DNA of 64,000 nucleotides from NCBI GenBank assembly GCA_963812155.1, contig CAWETW010000003.1:768001-832000 (forward strand). The letters are read 5' to 3'. How positions within the stretch are numbered: the stretch's first letter is position 1; the number at the start of each line of letters is the position of its first letter. Positions 28,850 to 38,686 of this stretch are shown one piece after another. The stretch is from Vulcanimicrobiota bacterium (GTDB lineage: Bacteria > Vulcanimicrobiota > Vulcanimicrobiia > Vulcanimicrobiales > Vulcanimicrobiaceae). Both the position numbers and the translations under genes were made by a program. The notes under the pieces were generated by a model that saw nothing but the letters and a program-made list of their open reading frames with translations, ran no database searches and was not told the DNA's origin.

Positions 28850-29914
28850 CTAGAAGGCCGAGAGCAGCGATTCGGCTTGGCGCTGGAGGCCTTGGGCGTA
28901 GACCTTCGGATGCGTGAGGTAAAAGAGTGCCATTACGCGCAAGACGAAGCGATGGTGCTGCGGGTCCGGCAATATCGCGAAGCGCCGCATCGATTCGGCG
29001 GCCATTTCGCCGACGCGGATCCGCAGCCGTTCGGGGCTGGGATAAAGCGATGCGAAGTTCAGTTCGCCGTGATCTCGGTCTTCGGCTTGATCGATGAACG
29101 AATCGAGCAGCACGTGGAGCGCGGCGACGGCCGGAAAGTACGCGGCGTAGGTGTCGGCAACGCTGCCTTCACGTCCGGCGAGGTGGGCGTAGAGCGGCGC
29201 ATATACCTGAAACTGCGATCCGGCCGCGCATGCGAACTCGTACCATTGCAGTCCGTCGAATCGGCGATCCCGCCGGCGCTCGAACCATGCGATGCAGGCG
29301 CCCTCCCGATCGGCCGCCCCAAAGTGCTTGAACGTCTGCATCTCGCCGTAGAGAAGCGCCGACTCGGAGAAAGCGTCGCGTAACGCATCGCCCGCATGGA
29401 TGCGCGCCAGCGACCGCTGCGTGCGTGTGACTAGCCGCGCCAAGTACCCGCCGTCGTCGCCCGAAGGTCCGAGCGCGTAGTAGTCGTGTTGCACGGCGGT
29501 TGGATCGAGCGCGTCGGCGATCGCCTGGTGCAGCACCGGATACGCTTCGACCGGCACGTCGGGATGACGGTCGCAAAGGTTATCGAGGTAGTCGTAAATC
29601 GATTCCAGCGGCGCGACGACCTCGACGTAGGAGCGCGCGGTTTCGGGAGGCAGAAACGTCGCGAGAATGCACCCGCCGGCGACGTGGTAGGCTTTGGCAC
29701 GAACGCTGGCGAGCGCTTCGGCGCGCAAGCGCTCGTCGGGAATCGATTCCGCGAGCGCCGTTATGCCGTCGAGCTCGACCGATGCGTGCGGCACGACGCG
29801 GCGGAGAAAGCGCAGCAACGGAATCGGTATCGCGCCGGCGTCGCCGAAAAGAAAGCGCAGACGCGCCGGGCTCGCGAGCACGTGGCGGACGGCCCAAGCG
29901 ATTTCATCGTGCAT
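28850..29914 (-). CDS. DUF2600 / tetraprenyl-beta-curcumene synthase (YtpB-like) terpene cyclase family
   Basis: IPDERLRAEALASV, YDYLDNLCDR, DYY...DDGGYL, WYEFACAAGS, LHVLLDSFIDQAED. Confidence 0.8.
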   Translation of the reverse strand: MHDEIAWAVRHVLASPARLRFLFGDAGAIPIPLLRFLRRVVPHASVELDGITALAESIPDERLRAEALASVRAKAYHVAGGCILATFLPPETARSYVEVVAPLESIYDYLDNLCDRHPDVPVEAYPVLHQAIADALDPTAVQHDYYALGPSGDDGGYLARLVTRTQRSLARIHAGDALRDAFSESALLYGEMQTFKHFGAADREGACIAWFERRRDRRFDGLQWYEFACAAGSQFQVYAPLYAHLAGREGSVADTYAAYFPAVAALHVLLDSFIDQAEDRDHGELNFASLYPSPERLRIRVGEMAAESMRRFAILPDPQHHRFVLRVMALFYLTHPKVYAQGLQRQAESLLSAF

Positions 29915-29925
29915 TCGGCTGCGCG

Positions 29926-31144
29926 CTAAATTCCGGCGACGAACCGGCCGGGATTGAGCGTGCGGTTCGGATCGAAGCGCAGTTTCAGCGCGCGCATGCG
30001 TTCGATGGACGCCGGGGCGGCGCCCCAAACGCGCAAATAGGCGCGGTGCGGATGTTCGCTTGCGAGGACCTGCGCGCCGGGGTGCGCCTCGTGCAGCAGG
30101 TCGTCGAAGCGTTCGATCTTTGCGCCGAGCGCGCGCATGTCGAGATCGCTGACGCGCGCGACGACGTCGCCGTTCATGACGTCGACGATGCGTTCGCAGC
30201 GTAGATCGAAACCGCGGGCGATTTCCGCGACCGCGTCGGCGGTCGCCGCGGCCTGCTCGGCGAAGCCGAAAATGCGATAGGTTACCGAACGTTCTCCCAG
30301 CGCCGCGACGTAGGCGTCGACGGCGCGCTCAAACGATTCGCGCGCGCCCGCGTCGAGGACGCGCGTTTCCGGAACGCCGGCACCGCCGAGCGCGGCGCGA
30401 AGATCGCGCGTCGCACGCTCGAGCAGCGCGTCGCTTCCCTCGAGCAGGATCAGCAGCCGTCCGTCGTCACGGTCTTCGCCGTCGATCGCTTGATGAAAGC
30501 CGTCGATCCAGAGCGCCGCGGCGGGGCGAATTTTCAGCGCCGCAGGTGCGCGAACGCGCGCCCGCGCGTCCGTTCGGGCAGTGCGGCCAAGAACGTGCGC
30601 GCGCGGCCGGGCGCCGCGAACGTCTTGAGGTTGGCCTGCACCAGGATGGCGAGCGTGCCGAACGATCCGACGTAGAGCCGGCTCATGTCGTAGCCGGCAA
30701 CGTTTTTCACGACCATGCCGCCCGCGCGCGCAATCGTACCGTCGGCGAGCACCGCCGTCGTTCCGATGACGTAGTCGCGCGGCCGGCCGTAGAGGTGACG
30801 GCGCGGACCGATCCAGCCCGCTGCGAGCGTTCCTCCAAGGGTTGCGTATTGCGGGCACGGGGCGTCGAAGGGGATGAACTGCTTTTGCGTCGCGAGCAGC
30901 GCCGTCAACGTTTGAATCGCGGTACCGCAGCGGGCGGCGAGCGTCAAGTCGGCGGGCTCGTATTCGACGGCTCCGGTAAGTCCCGTCGTTTCGAGCGTTA
31001 CGTCGGCACGTTCGGGCGGAAAACCCATTCCCGCCAGCGTGTCTCCGCCGACGACGTGTATCGCCCGTCCCTGTGCATCGCACTCGCGACGAGTTCGCTG
31101 AGTTCGGCGGCGCTGCCGGGCGCCGCTCGCAGCCCCGCACTCAC
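29926..31144 (-). CDS. Glycolate oxidase-like FAD-binding subunit (GlcE), frameshifted near 31085 and 30540
   Basis: YEPADLT, ATLGG, GGMVVKNVAGYDM, FDPNRTLNPGRF. Confidence 0.8.
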
Positions 31145-32540
31145 GCCGGCGGCTGCACGGGCGGCGTGACTTCCGGGCAACTCGCGCCGCGCGGAAAAAT
31201 CTTCTCCGGATTAAGCGCGCGCGACGGATCGAAGACGTCGCGCACGCGCGCCATCGTCGCCAAGTCGTCGGTCGAATAGACGCGCGTCATCGCCTCGCGC
31301 TTTTCGAATCCGATGCCGTGCTCGCCGCTGATCGTTCCGCCGAGATCGATGGCGGCTTGAAGAATCTCATTGCCGCTTTCGATCACTGCCGCCACTTGTT
31401 TGCGATCGCGTTTGTCGTACATCATCAGCGGATGCAGGTTGCCGTCGCCGGCGTGAAAGACGTTGCCGACGGTGATGCCGGCGCGGCCGCCGCAGCTTCG
31501 ACCGCGCGCAGCGCCTGCGGAAGTTTGCTGCGCGGAACGCAGACGTCTTGCGTGTAGTAGTTGGGCGCGATTCGGCCGGTCGCGCCGGCCGCACCCTTGC
31601 GCCCGGCCCATAGTGCGTCGCGTTCCGCGGCCGTCGCCGCACTGCGGAAGGCCAAGGCGCCGTGACTTTTTACGATCGCGGCGATTTTCGCGTCGCACTC
31701 GCTCACGTCTTCGGCGAAGCCGGCGTTTTCGATCAGCAGCACGGCGCCCGCGTCGGTCGGATATCCCGCGTGAAACGCCGCTTCGACCGCGCGGACGATC
31801 ACGGCGTCCATCATTTCGAGCGCGGTCGGCACGATGCCGGCGCCGACGATGGCGGAGACGGCTTCCGATGCCGAATCGATGTCGCCGAATGCGGCAACCC
31901 AAACGCGCACCGCTTCGGGGAGTTGCAGCAGACGCAGCCAGACCGAGGTGACGATGCCGAGCGTTCCTTCGCTTCCGACGATCGCCGCCGTCAAATCGTA
32001 TCCGCAGTCGTCGACGCTCGTCGTGAAGACCTCGCCGCGCTCGTCGACCACTTCGAGGCCGAGAACGTGATTCACCGTCGTGCCGTACGAAAGGCAGTGC
32101 GGTCCACCGGCGTTGGTTGCGACGTTGCCGCCGATCGTCGAGATCTTTTGCGATGACGGATCGGGCGCGAAAAAGAGTCCCCCGCTCTGGGCGGCTCGCG
32201 ACACGTCGAGATTGATGACGCCGGGCTGGACGCGCGCGCGGCGATTGCGCAGATCGAGTTCGAGAATCCGGTTCATGCGCGCGAACGAGATGACGAGGCC
32301 GCCGTCGACCGGCACCGCGCCTCCGCACAGTCCCGTGCCCGCGCCGCGCGGGACGATCGGAATGCCGCAATCCCTCGCGATCTTCACGGCCGCGCTGACC
32401 TCGCGTACGTTCGACGGAAGCACCACCGCAGACGGAAGCGCGCCGTCGCTGTATGCGTCGAATGCGTACACGGTCAAGTCTTCGGGCTCGGTCTTCACCG
32501 CGTCGCGACCGAGCGCATCGATCAACCGCTCTTGCAGCAC
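31141..32540 (-). CDS. Glycolate oxidase-like FAD-linked subunit (GlcD), frameshifted near 31483
   Basis: PRGAGTGLCGG, PDPSSQ, GSEGTLG, HAGDGNLHP, GEHGIG. Confidence 0.85.
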
Positions 32541-32609
32541 CTTCCATGGCTTCGCCGCGCCGCATGCCGCCTTCCCGCGAATGCAACTGCGACGGGCGTT
32601 CGAGACGCG

Positions 32610-33890
32610 CTAGCGATAGAGCAGATACTTCGCGCGAAGGTTGCGGAAATCGGCAACCGCCTTGCTCCAGCCCGAGACGATCGCGCCGGCGGAGGAGCCG
32701 TCGAGCAATCCGCGGCGCAGCGAGTCCGTGCCCCAGTCGCGATCGAGCGCTGCGGCTTTGACGTCGATTCGGCGCGGATCCAGCGTGCGGACCGCGACGA
32801 GGATTTCGACGGCGGTGCGGACTGGTGCAAAATGCCGCGGTTCGACGTCGAGACGAACGCCGGAGAGTTGCCGGCCTTTCCAAAATCCCGCGCTCGGAAC
32901 CCACGTCGCCGGAACGAATTGTACGCCCGGCAATCGTCGCGCGTTCAGCGACGCGGCCAGGCTCTGTCCGTCGATGCCGTAGCCGCCGGCGTAGAAGAAG
33001 GGCGAAGGCGTACCGACGCCGTTGTTGATGCCGGCATTGTCGATCAGCCCCGTGCACAGCAACACGAACGTCGTTTGCCACGTCGGCACGTTCGGAGACG
33101 TGCGGACCCACGTCAAGCCGGTGTCGGGCCAGATCGTCGACCGGCGCCAGCCGTTCATCGGAATCACGCGCAAGTCGGCGCCGATGCCGAAGCGATCGTT
33201 GAAGAGGCGCGCGAGTTCGCCGACCGTCATTCCGTGCCGCATCGCGATCGGATAGAGACCGATGAACGATTCGTAGGCAGGCTCGAGCACCGGTCCCTCG
33301 ACGGCGTCGCCGCCGACGGGATTGGGCCGGTCGAGCACCCAGAATTGCTTGCCGTACGCTTTTGCCGTTTGCATCGCGTACGCCATGGTCGAAATATACG
33401 TGTACGCGCGCGAGCCGACGTCTTGGATATCGAAGAGCAGCACGTCGATGCCGTGCAGCATTGCAGCCGACGGATGGCGCGTCGCGCCGTAGAGACTGTA
33501 AACCGGCAGCCCTGTAGGCGCGTCCACGTACGACGCGACCGAGGCTCCGGCGGGACGGTCTCCGCGCAAGCCGTGCTCGGGCGCGAACAGCGCGCGGACG
33601 CGCACGGTGTCCAGACGGCTCAGCGCATCGGCAAACGGTTCTCCGCTCGACGTCACGCCGCTTTGATTCGTGATCAGGCCGACGCCGCGCGTGCCGAGTT
33701 CGCGCCACGTTTCACGCAAAAACACGTCGTCGCCGAGTTCGAGGCCTCCTTCGCCCTTCGACTCCGCGCCTTGCGACTCGTTACGCTCGTGCTGGGCGCT
33801 GCGCTCAGGGTGACACAGTTGCGGGACTCCGCTTATGATGACACCGGCCGTGGCAGCGCCAGACCTAACGAAAAAGCCGGCGCGGTTCAT
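32610..33890 (-). CDS. DUF1343 / NamZ-family exo-beta-N-acetylmuramidase
   Basis: GLITNQSG, FAPEHGLRG, VYSLYG, FDIQDVGSRAYTY, LDRPNP, HGMTVGELA, SPN. Confidence 0.9.
   Translation of the reverse strand: MNRAGFFVRSGAATAGVIISGVPQLCHPERSAQHERNESQGAESKGEGGLELGDDVFLRETWRELGTRGVGLITNQSGVTSSGEPFADALSRLDTVRVRALFAPEHGLRGDRPAGASVASYVDAPTGLPVYSLYGATRHPSAAMLHGIDVLLFDIQDVGSRAYTYISTMAYAMQTAKAYGKQFWVLDRPNPVGGDAVEGPVLEPAYESFIGLYPIAMRHGMTVGELARLFNDRFGIGADLRVIPMNGWRRSTIWPDTGLTWVRTSPNVPTWQTTFVLLCTGLIDNAGINNGVGTPSPFFYAGGYGIDGQSLAASLNARRLPGVQFVPATWVPSAGFWKGRQLSGVRLDVEPRHFAPVRTAVEILVAVRTLDPRRIDVKAAALDRDWGTDSLRRGLLDGSSAGAIVSGWSKAVADFRNLRAKYLLYR
33755..33815 (-). repeat. REP-like palindromic element inserted in frame in the NamZ-like gene
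   Basis: Minus strand TGTCACCCTGAGCG...AGTCGAAGG, with the same termini as the intergenic copy at 36280..36330. Confidence 0.75.
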
Positions 33891-34723
33891 ACGAAGTGCG
33901 GTTCGATCGCGCGGCCGATGATGCCGGCGTCGCGAGCGCGCACGAAGAGCGCGTGCACGGCGGCGATTCCGGCGTCGCCCACGTCTTCGGTGAACTCGTT
34001 GACGTAGAGCGCGATGTGCCGCCGCATCACCTCGTCGCTCATTTCGAATGCGTGCTCGCGCACGTACGGCATCACCGCGGACTCGTTAGCGCGCGCGAAC
34101 GCAAGGCTTCGGCGAATCGCCTCGTCAACCGTGCGAGCGACGTCGTCCGCGACGTCGTTGCGCACCAGAATCGCGCCCAGCGGAATCGGCAGCTTCGTCA
34201 TATTTTCCCACCATTCGCCTAAATCGGCGATCGAAATGAGCCCCGCTTCGCGGTAGGTGAAGCGCGACTCGTGGATGATGAGGCCGCCGTCGGCGCGTCC
34301 GGCGCACACCGCGGAAACGATTTCGTCGAAACGCACGACCTGCGTTCGCGGACGGCGGCCGAGCGCCAGTTGGAGCAGGAGAAATGCCGTCGTGCGCTCA
34401 CCCGGAATCGCGATCGAGCGCCGTGCGAAATCGGCAAAAAGCGGCGGGGCCGCCTCGGGCCGCGCGACGAGCAGCGGGCCGCACCCGCGTCCGATCGCGC
34501 CGCCCGCGCGCAGGATGCGATAGCGGTCCGCGAGATAGGGAATCGCCCCGTACGACACCTTGATCAGTTCGAAACGGCCGTGCGCGGCGGCTTCGTTGAG
34601 TTCGTCGATGTCGGCAAGGTGTACGTCTACCGGCGGCGCGCCGTCGAGCAGGTTGTTGGTCAGCGCGGCGAAGACGTAGGTGTCGTTCGGACACGGCGAG
34701 TAGGCGAGGGTGAGTGCGCTCAC
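33887..34723 (-). CDS. mqnD: 1,4-dihydroxy-6-naphthoate synthase (futalosine pathway)
   Basis: AYSPCPNDT, GRGCGPL, IIHESRFTY, PIPLG, HIALYVN. Confidence 0.92.
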   Translation of the reverse strand: MSALTLAYSPCPNDTYVFAALTNNLLDGAPPVDVHLADIDELNEAAAHGRFELIKVSYGAIPYLADRYRILRAGGAIGRGCGPLLVARPEAAPPLFADFARRSIAIPGERTTAFLLLQLALGRRPRTQVVRFDEIVSAVCAGRADGGLIIHESRFTYREAGLISIADLGEWWENMTKLPIPLGAILVRNDVADDVARTVDEAIRRSLAFARANESAVMPYVREHAFEMSDEVMRRHIALYVNEFTEDVGDAGIAAVHALFVRARDAGIIGRAIEPHFV

Positions 34724-35337
34724 GCGGGTGCCCCGGTCGATGTGTCGACGACGGCGAAGAGCGCCTCGACGACGCGCGTCAATCCTGCGACACCGCTTGC
34801 GAAATCCCAGCCGGAACGTTCTCGCGCGCCGACGCGATTGGAGATGCCGCGCAGTTCGACGGCGGGAACTCCGGCTCGCCGGCAAGCGCGGAGCACCGCG
34901 AATCCTTCCATCGATTCGATCTGCGCGCCACGGGCTGCCAGTCGCCGCGCGGTGTCTTCGCTCGACGTGACGCGTGCGACCGTAATTCCGCGCAGGGCTG
35001 CAAACCCGCGCGCGCTCAGGCCACGGACGATTTCGGGATCGGAGGCGGCGGTGGCGACGACCCGTTCGCCGTCGGGAAGTGCGATGGGCCGTCCGTCTTC
35101 CAGACCCAGCTCGAAATCGTCGTCGGCGACCACGACGCCGTCGCCGATGCGCGCCGCGCCGTCGAAGGCGCCGGCAAGGCCTGCGTTGACGACCAGTGCG
35201 TAGCGCCGGCGCGCGAGCGCGCCCGAGACCGCGGCCGCCGCTTCGACGGGGCCGACGCCCATCACGAGTGTCTCGACGTCCGCGCGCTGCGCCCACGAGC
35301 CGAGTTCGCGCGCGACGGCGCAGGCGAATAGAATCAC
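34720..35337 (-). CDS. mqnB: Futalosine hydrolase
   Basis: GVGPVEAA, ESMEG, RGISNRVG; adjacent to mqnD. Confidence 0.85.
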   Translation of the reverse strand: MILFACAVARELGSWAQRADVETLVMGVGPVEAAAAVSGALARRRYALVVNAGLAGAFDGAARIGDGVVVADDDFELGLEDGRPIALPDGERVVATAASDPEIVRGLSARGFAALRGITVARVTSSEDTARRLAARGAQIESMEGFAVLRACRRAGVPAVELRGISNRVGARERSGWDFASGVAGLTRVVEALFAVVDTSTGAPA

Positions 35338-35909
35338 GGTGCGCCGATGAATTTGTGCGTCTGCAGCGAGAGGCGAAACCGGTGCGGGTGCGCTTTCACG
35401 TAATCGAGCGCCACCTCGACGTTGCGCGGGCGGTTGCCTTCGGGCTGCAGCAGAATCATCGGCTTATCAGCAAACTGCGGCAAGTGTTCTTCGGGAACGC
35501 GGCGGTCGACGATGAGCTTGGCTTCGTCGGCGCGGGCGGCCATGCGCGAATCGACGCGCTCCTTGGGCGAGACGCAGAGCCAGACGTCGTCGGGAAGCGG
35601 CGCGTAAATCGTACCGTTCGACTCGATATGCACGCGGCGCCCGTCGCGGCGCAACGCTTCGATGAGGTCGAGCGCATCGCTCTGCGCGAGCGGTTCGCCG
35701 CCGGTGAGGACGACCGCCGGACAATCGCCGCCTGCGGTGCGTACCATGTGCACGACCTCACCGACCGTCGCGTATGCCTTGGCCGAATAGTCCGTATCGC
35801 AGAAATCGCAGGCGAGATTGCATCCGGCCAGCCGCACGAAGACGGCGGGTATCCCCGTCCACGTTCCCTCGCCTTGAATGCTGTAAAAGACTTCAGCCAG
35901 CGCCAGCAC
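35334..35909 (-). CDS. queE: 7-carboxy-7-deazaguanine synthase (radical SAM)
   Basis: EVFYSIQGEG, CNLACDFCD (CX3CX2C), LTGGEP, SLQTHK. Confidence 0.92.
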   Translation of the reverse strand: MLALAEVFYSIQGEGTWTGIPAVFVRLAGCNLACDFCDTDYSAKAYATVGEVVHMVRTAGGDCPAVVLTGGEPLAQSDALDLIEALRRDGRRVHIESNGTIYAPLPDDVWLCVSPKERVDSRMAARADEAKLIVDRRVPEEHLPQFADKPMILLQPEGNRPRNVEVALDYVKAHPHRFRLSLQTHKFIGAP

Positions 35910-36273
35910 CGTGAAAGTCCGAGGCGCGTAAGAGCGCGCACGACGTCGAGGTTTCCCACAGCACCAGTTCGTCGAGTCCCTCGACGACCGGCGCGAGGCG
36001 CTCCCACAGCCAGATGAGGATGCGTTCGGCCGTGGGATTTTCGATGTAGTCGTTGAGACTGCAATGGTCGAGAAAGTCGATCGCGACGGCGCGCACCGTG
36101 CGCTCGATTTCGTCGAAGTCCACGATCATGCCGCGTGCGGGGCCGTCGGCCTGAAGCGGCCCGCGGACCGCCACTTCCAGCCGGTACGAGTGACCGTGCG
36201 GGCGCGCGCACTTTCCGGAGTGAAACGGCAGCGCGTGCGCCGATTCAAACGTAAAGTGTTTTCGTATTTGCAA
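35893..36273 (-). CDS. queD: 6-carboxytetrahydropterin synthase
   Basis: FESAH, CARPHGHSY, LDH, NPTAE, WET. Confidence 0.92.
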   Translation of the reverse strand: MQIRKHFTFESAHALPFHSGKCARPHGHSYRLEVAVRGPLQADGPARGMIVDFDEIERTVRAVAIDFLDHCSLNDYIENPTAERILIWLWERLAPVVEGLDELVLWETSTSCALLRASDFHGAGAG

Positions 36274-36279
36274 TATGGT

Positions 36280-36330
36280 CCTTCGTCCTTCGACTGCGCA
36301 TCGCTTCGCGATGCTCCGCTCAGGATGACA
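36280..36330 (-). repeat. REP-like palindromic element, intergenic, upstream of queD
   Basis: Minus strand TGTCATCCTGAGCGGAGCATCGCGAAGCGATGCGCAGTCGAAGGACGAAGG, with internal hairpin GCATCGC-GAA-GCGATGC. Confidence 0.8.
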
Positions 36331-36364
36331 CGCAGAGGATGCTCCGCTATGACACCAAGGAGCC

Positions 36365-37666
36365 TTATATAGAGCCTTCGGGGCCCATAGCTTCGAGGCG
36401 GCGTTTGAGATCGGCCAGGAAGCCGCTGGCGACGTAGCCGTCGACGACGCGGTGATCGAGCGAGAGACAGCAATTCATGATGGAACGGATCGCGATTGCA
36501 TCGTCGTCCCGCACGACCGGCTGCCTGACGACCGCCTCCATCGTAACGATGCCGGCTTGACCGGCATTGATGATCGGAGCCGAAGCCCAGGAACCGTTGG
36601 CCCCGTTGTTGTTCACGGTGAACGTGCCGCCGGCGAGATCGTCGACGCCGAGTTTGTTCCGGCGAGCGCGGTCGATCAGTTCCCCGGCAGCGACCGCCAA
36701 GCCGCGAATCGAAAGCTGATCGGCGTTCTTGATGACGGGAACGACCAGATTTGCCGGCAAGCCGATGGCGACGCCGATGTTGACGTCCTTGTTCACGTGG
36801 ATGCCTTCGGCCGTGAACTTTCCGTTCATTAGCGGGAATGCGCCCAGCGCTTCAACGACCGCGCGAATGAAGAATGGCAGCAGCGTGAGTTTGTAACCGC
36901 TATCGCGTTCGAACCGGTCTTTCTCGCGCGTGCGCCATTTCCACACGTTGGTGACGTCGATCTGCACCATCGACCACGCGTGCGGCGCCGCGTGCTTGCT
37001 TTCAACCATCCGTTCGGCGATGATCCGGCGCGCTTGCGTGAGCGGAATCGTCATCCCGGGGACCGGTTGACCGTAGCTGGGCGCGCGCGTGGCGGTGGGT
37101 GCTGCCGGCGCTGCTGCAGGAGCGGCCGCGGTCGCGGCGGCGGCCGCAGGCACCGATGCGCGGCCGCGTGCGGCAAGCACGTCCTGCGCGGTGACGCGCC
37201 CGTTCGCGCCGGTGCCTTTGAGTGAACCAATGTCGACGGCGTGTTCGCGCGCGAGACGCCGCACCGCGGGGGATGCGCCGCGCAATGCCGCCTCGGCGTC
37301 GGCTGAAGGCGCACCGGCGCTGCTGCCGTTGCTCGAGGCAGACTGCGACGGCGGGGCCGGCGCCGCGACGAGTGGTGCGGCATGCGCCGGTTGCGCCGGC
37401 GGTGAGGGCGATTGGGCGGGTGCGGCGCCGACCTCGTCGATGACGGCAATCGGCGTTCCAGTCGCAACCGTTTCACCTTCCTTGACCAGGACTTCGCGAA
37501 TCGTACCGCTGACGGGCGAGGGCACTTCTGCGTTGACTTTATCGGTCGACACCTCGACGAACGCCTCGTACTTTTCGACGGTGTCCCCAATGTTCTTGAG
37601 CCACGCAGCGACCGTCCCTTCGGTGACGGTTTCGCCCAGCTGCGGCATCGTTATCGTTGTTGCCAT
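36365..37666 (-). CDS. 2-oxoacid dehydrogenase E2, dihydrolipoamide acyltransferase
   Basis: Lipoyl domain (STDKVNAEV), E3-binding segment SPAVRRLA, catalytic DHRVVDG. Confidence 0.93.
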   Translation of the reverse strand: MATTITMPQLGETVTEGTVAAWLKNIGDTVEKYEAFVEVSTDKVNAEVPSPVSGTIREVLVKEGETVATGTPIAVIDEVGAAPAQSPSPPAQPAHAAPLVAAPAPPSQSASSNGSSAGAPSADAEAALRGASPAVRRLAREHAVDIGSLKGTGANGRVTAQDVLAARGRASVPAAAAATAAAPAAAPAAPTATRAPSYGQPVPGMTIPLTQARRIIAERMVESKHAAPHAWSMVQIDVTNVWKWRTREKDRFERDSGYKLTLLPFFIRAVVEALGAFPLMNGKFTAEGIHVNKDVNIGVAIGLPANLVVPVIKNADQLSIRGLAVAAGELIDRARRNKLGVDDLAGGTFTVNNNGANGSWASAPIINAGQAGIVTMEAVVRQPVVRDDDAIAIRSIMNCCLSLDHRVVDGYVASGFLADLKRRLEAMGPEGSI

Positions 37667-37669
37667 TAC

Positions 37670-38686
37670 TTAAAATCTCACCATTTCGCGCATCGCTTCG
37701 GCCATCTCGGCCGGCGACGACATGTATGCTTCCTCGAGCGGCAGCGCGTAGCCCATCGCGGGAACGTCGGGCGCGCAGTGGCGGCGAATCGGCGCGTCGA
37801 GATGGAAGAGCGCCTCCTCGGCGACCATCGCACTGATTTCCGCGCCGATACCGCCGAACTTATTGTCCTCGTGGATGACGAGCAGTTTGCGCGTTTTTTC
37901 GACGCTGTCGAGAATCGCCGTCTTGTCCATCGGACGAATCGAACGGAGATCGATGACTTCCACCGATAGACCTTCGGATTCGAGCTGACGCGCCGCGTCG
38001 AGAGCCCAATGCACGTACAGGCCGTACGAAACGACCGTCAGCTGCGTGCCCTCTTTGAGCACGTTCGCCTTACCGATCGGAATGACGTAGTGACCGTCGG
38101 GCACTTCGCCTTTGATCAGGCGATAGGTCTTCTTGTGCTCGAGAAAGAGCACCGGATCCGGATCGTCGATCGCGGCGTTGAGCAAGCCCTTTACGTCGGC
38201 CGGAAACGAAGGCGCGACGATCTTCAGCCCCGGCACGTGATAGAAGAGCGCTTCGATGGAAACCGAGTGCGAGAGCGCGCCGCGCACGCCGCCGCCGTAG
38301 GGCGTGCGGATGACGAGCGGACACGTGTACTCGCCGTTGGAGCGGTAGCGCGTCTTGGCGGCCTCGCCGACGATCTGATTGAACGCCGGGTAGATGAAGT
38401 CGGCGAACTGAATCTCCGCGATCGGCCGCAGCCCTTCCATGGCCATGCCGACGGCGATGCCGACGATCGACGCCTCCGCAATCGGCGTATCGATCACGCG
38501 CTCCGGTCCGAACTCGTCGATGAAATCCTTCGTGATGAGGAACACGTTACCGCGCGGTCCGACGTCCTCACCGATGATGACGGTGCGGTCGTCGCTCTTC
38601 ATCGCCTCGTAGAGGGTCGCGCGAACGGCCTCGACGTTGTTCATGACGGTCGAGGTCGCGGTGCCGGTCACTGCCACGGTTGCCAC
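37670..38686 (-). CDS. 2-oxoacid dehydrogenase E1 beta subunit (branched-chain type)
   Basis: GEDVG, DTPIAE, EIQFADF, HSVSIE, EVIDLRS. Confidence 0.92.
   Translation of the reverse strand: MATVAVTGTATSTVMNNVEAVRATLYEAMKSDDRTVIIGEDVGPRGNVFLITKDFIDEFGPERVIDTPIAEASIVGIAVGMAMEGLRPIAEIQFADFIYPAFNQIVGEAAKTRYRSNGEYTCPLVIRTPYGGGVRGALSHSVSIEALFYHVPGLKIVAPSFPADVKGLLNAAIDDPDPVLFLEHKKTYRLIKGEVPDGHYVIPIGKANVLKEGTQLTVVSYGLYVHWALDAARQLESEGLSVEVIDLRSIRPMDKTAILDSVEKTRKLLVIHEDNKFGGIGAEISAMVAEEALFHLDAPIRRHCAPDVPAMGYALPLEEAYMSSPAEMAEAMREMVRF

Noticed and set aside
36274..36364. preQ1 riboswitch upstream of queD
   Set aside because: No short stem with an A-rich 3' tail; the region is explained by the REP-like element and its partial copy.
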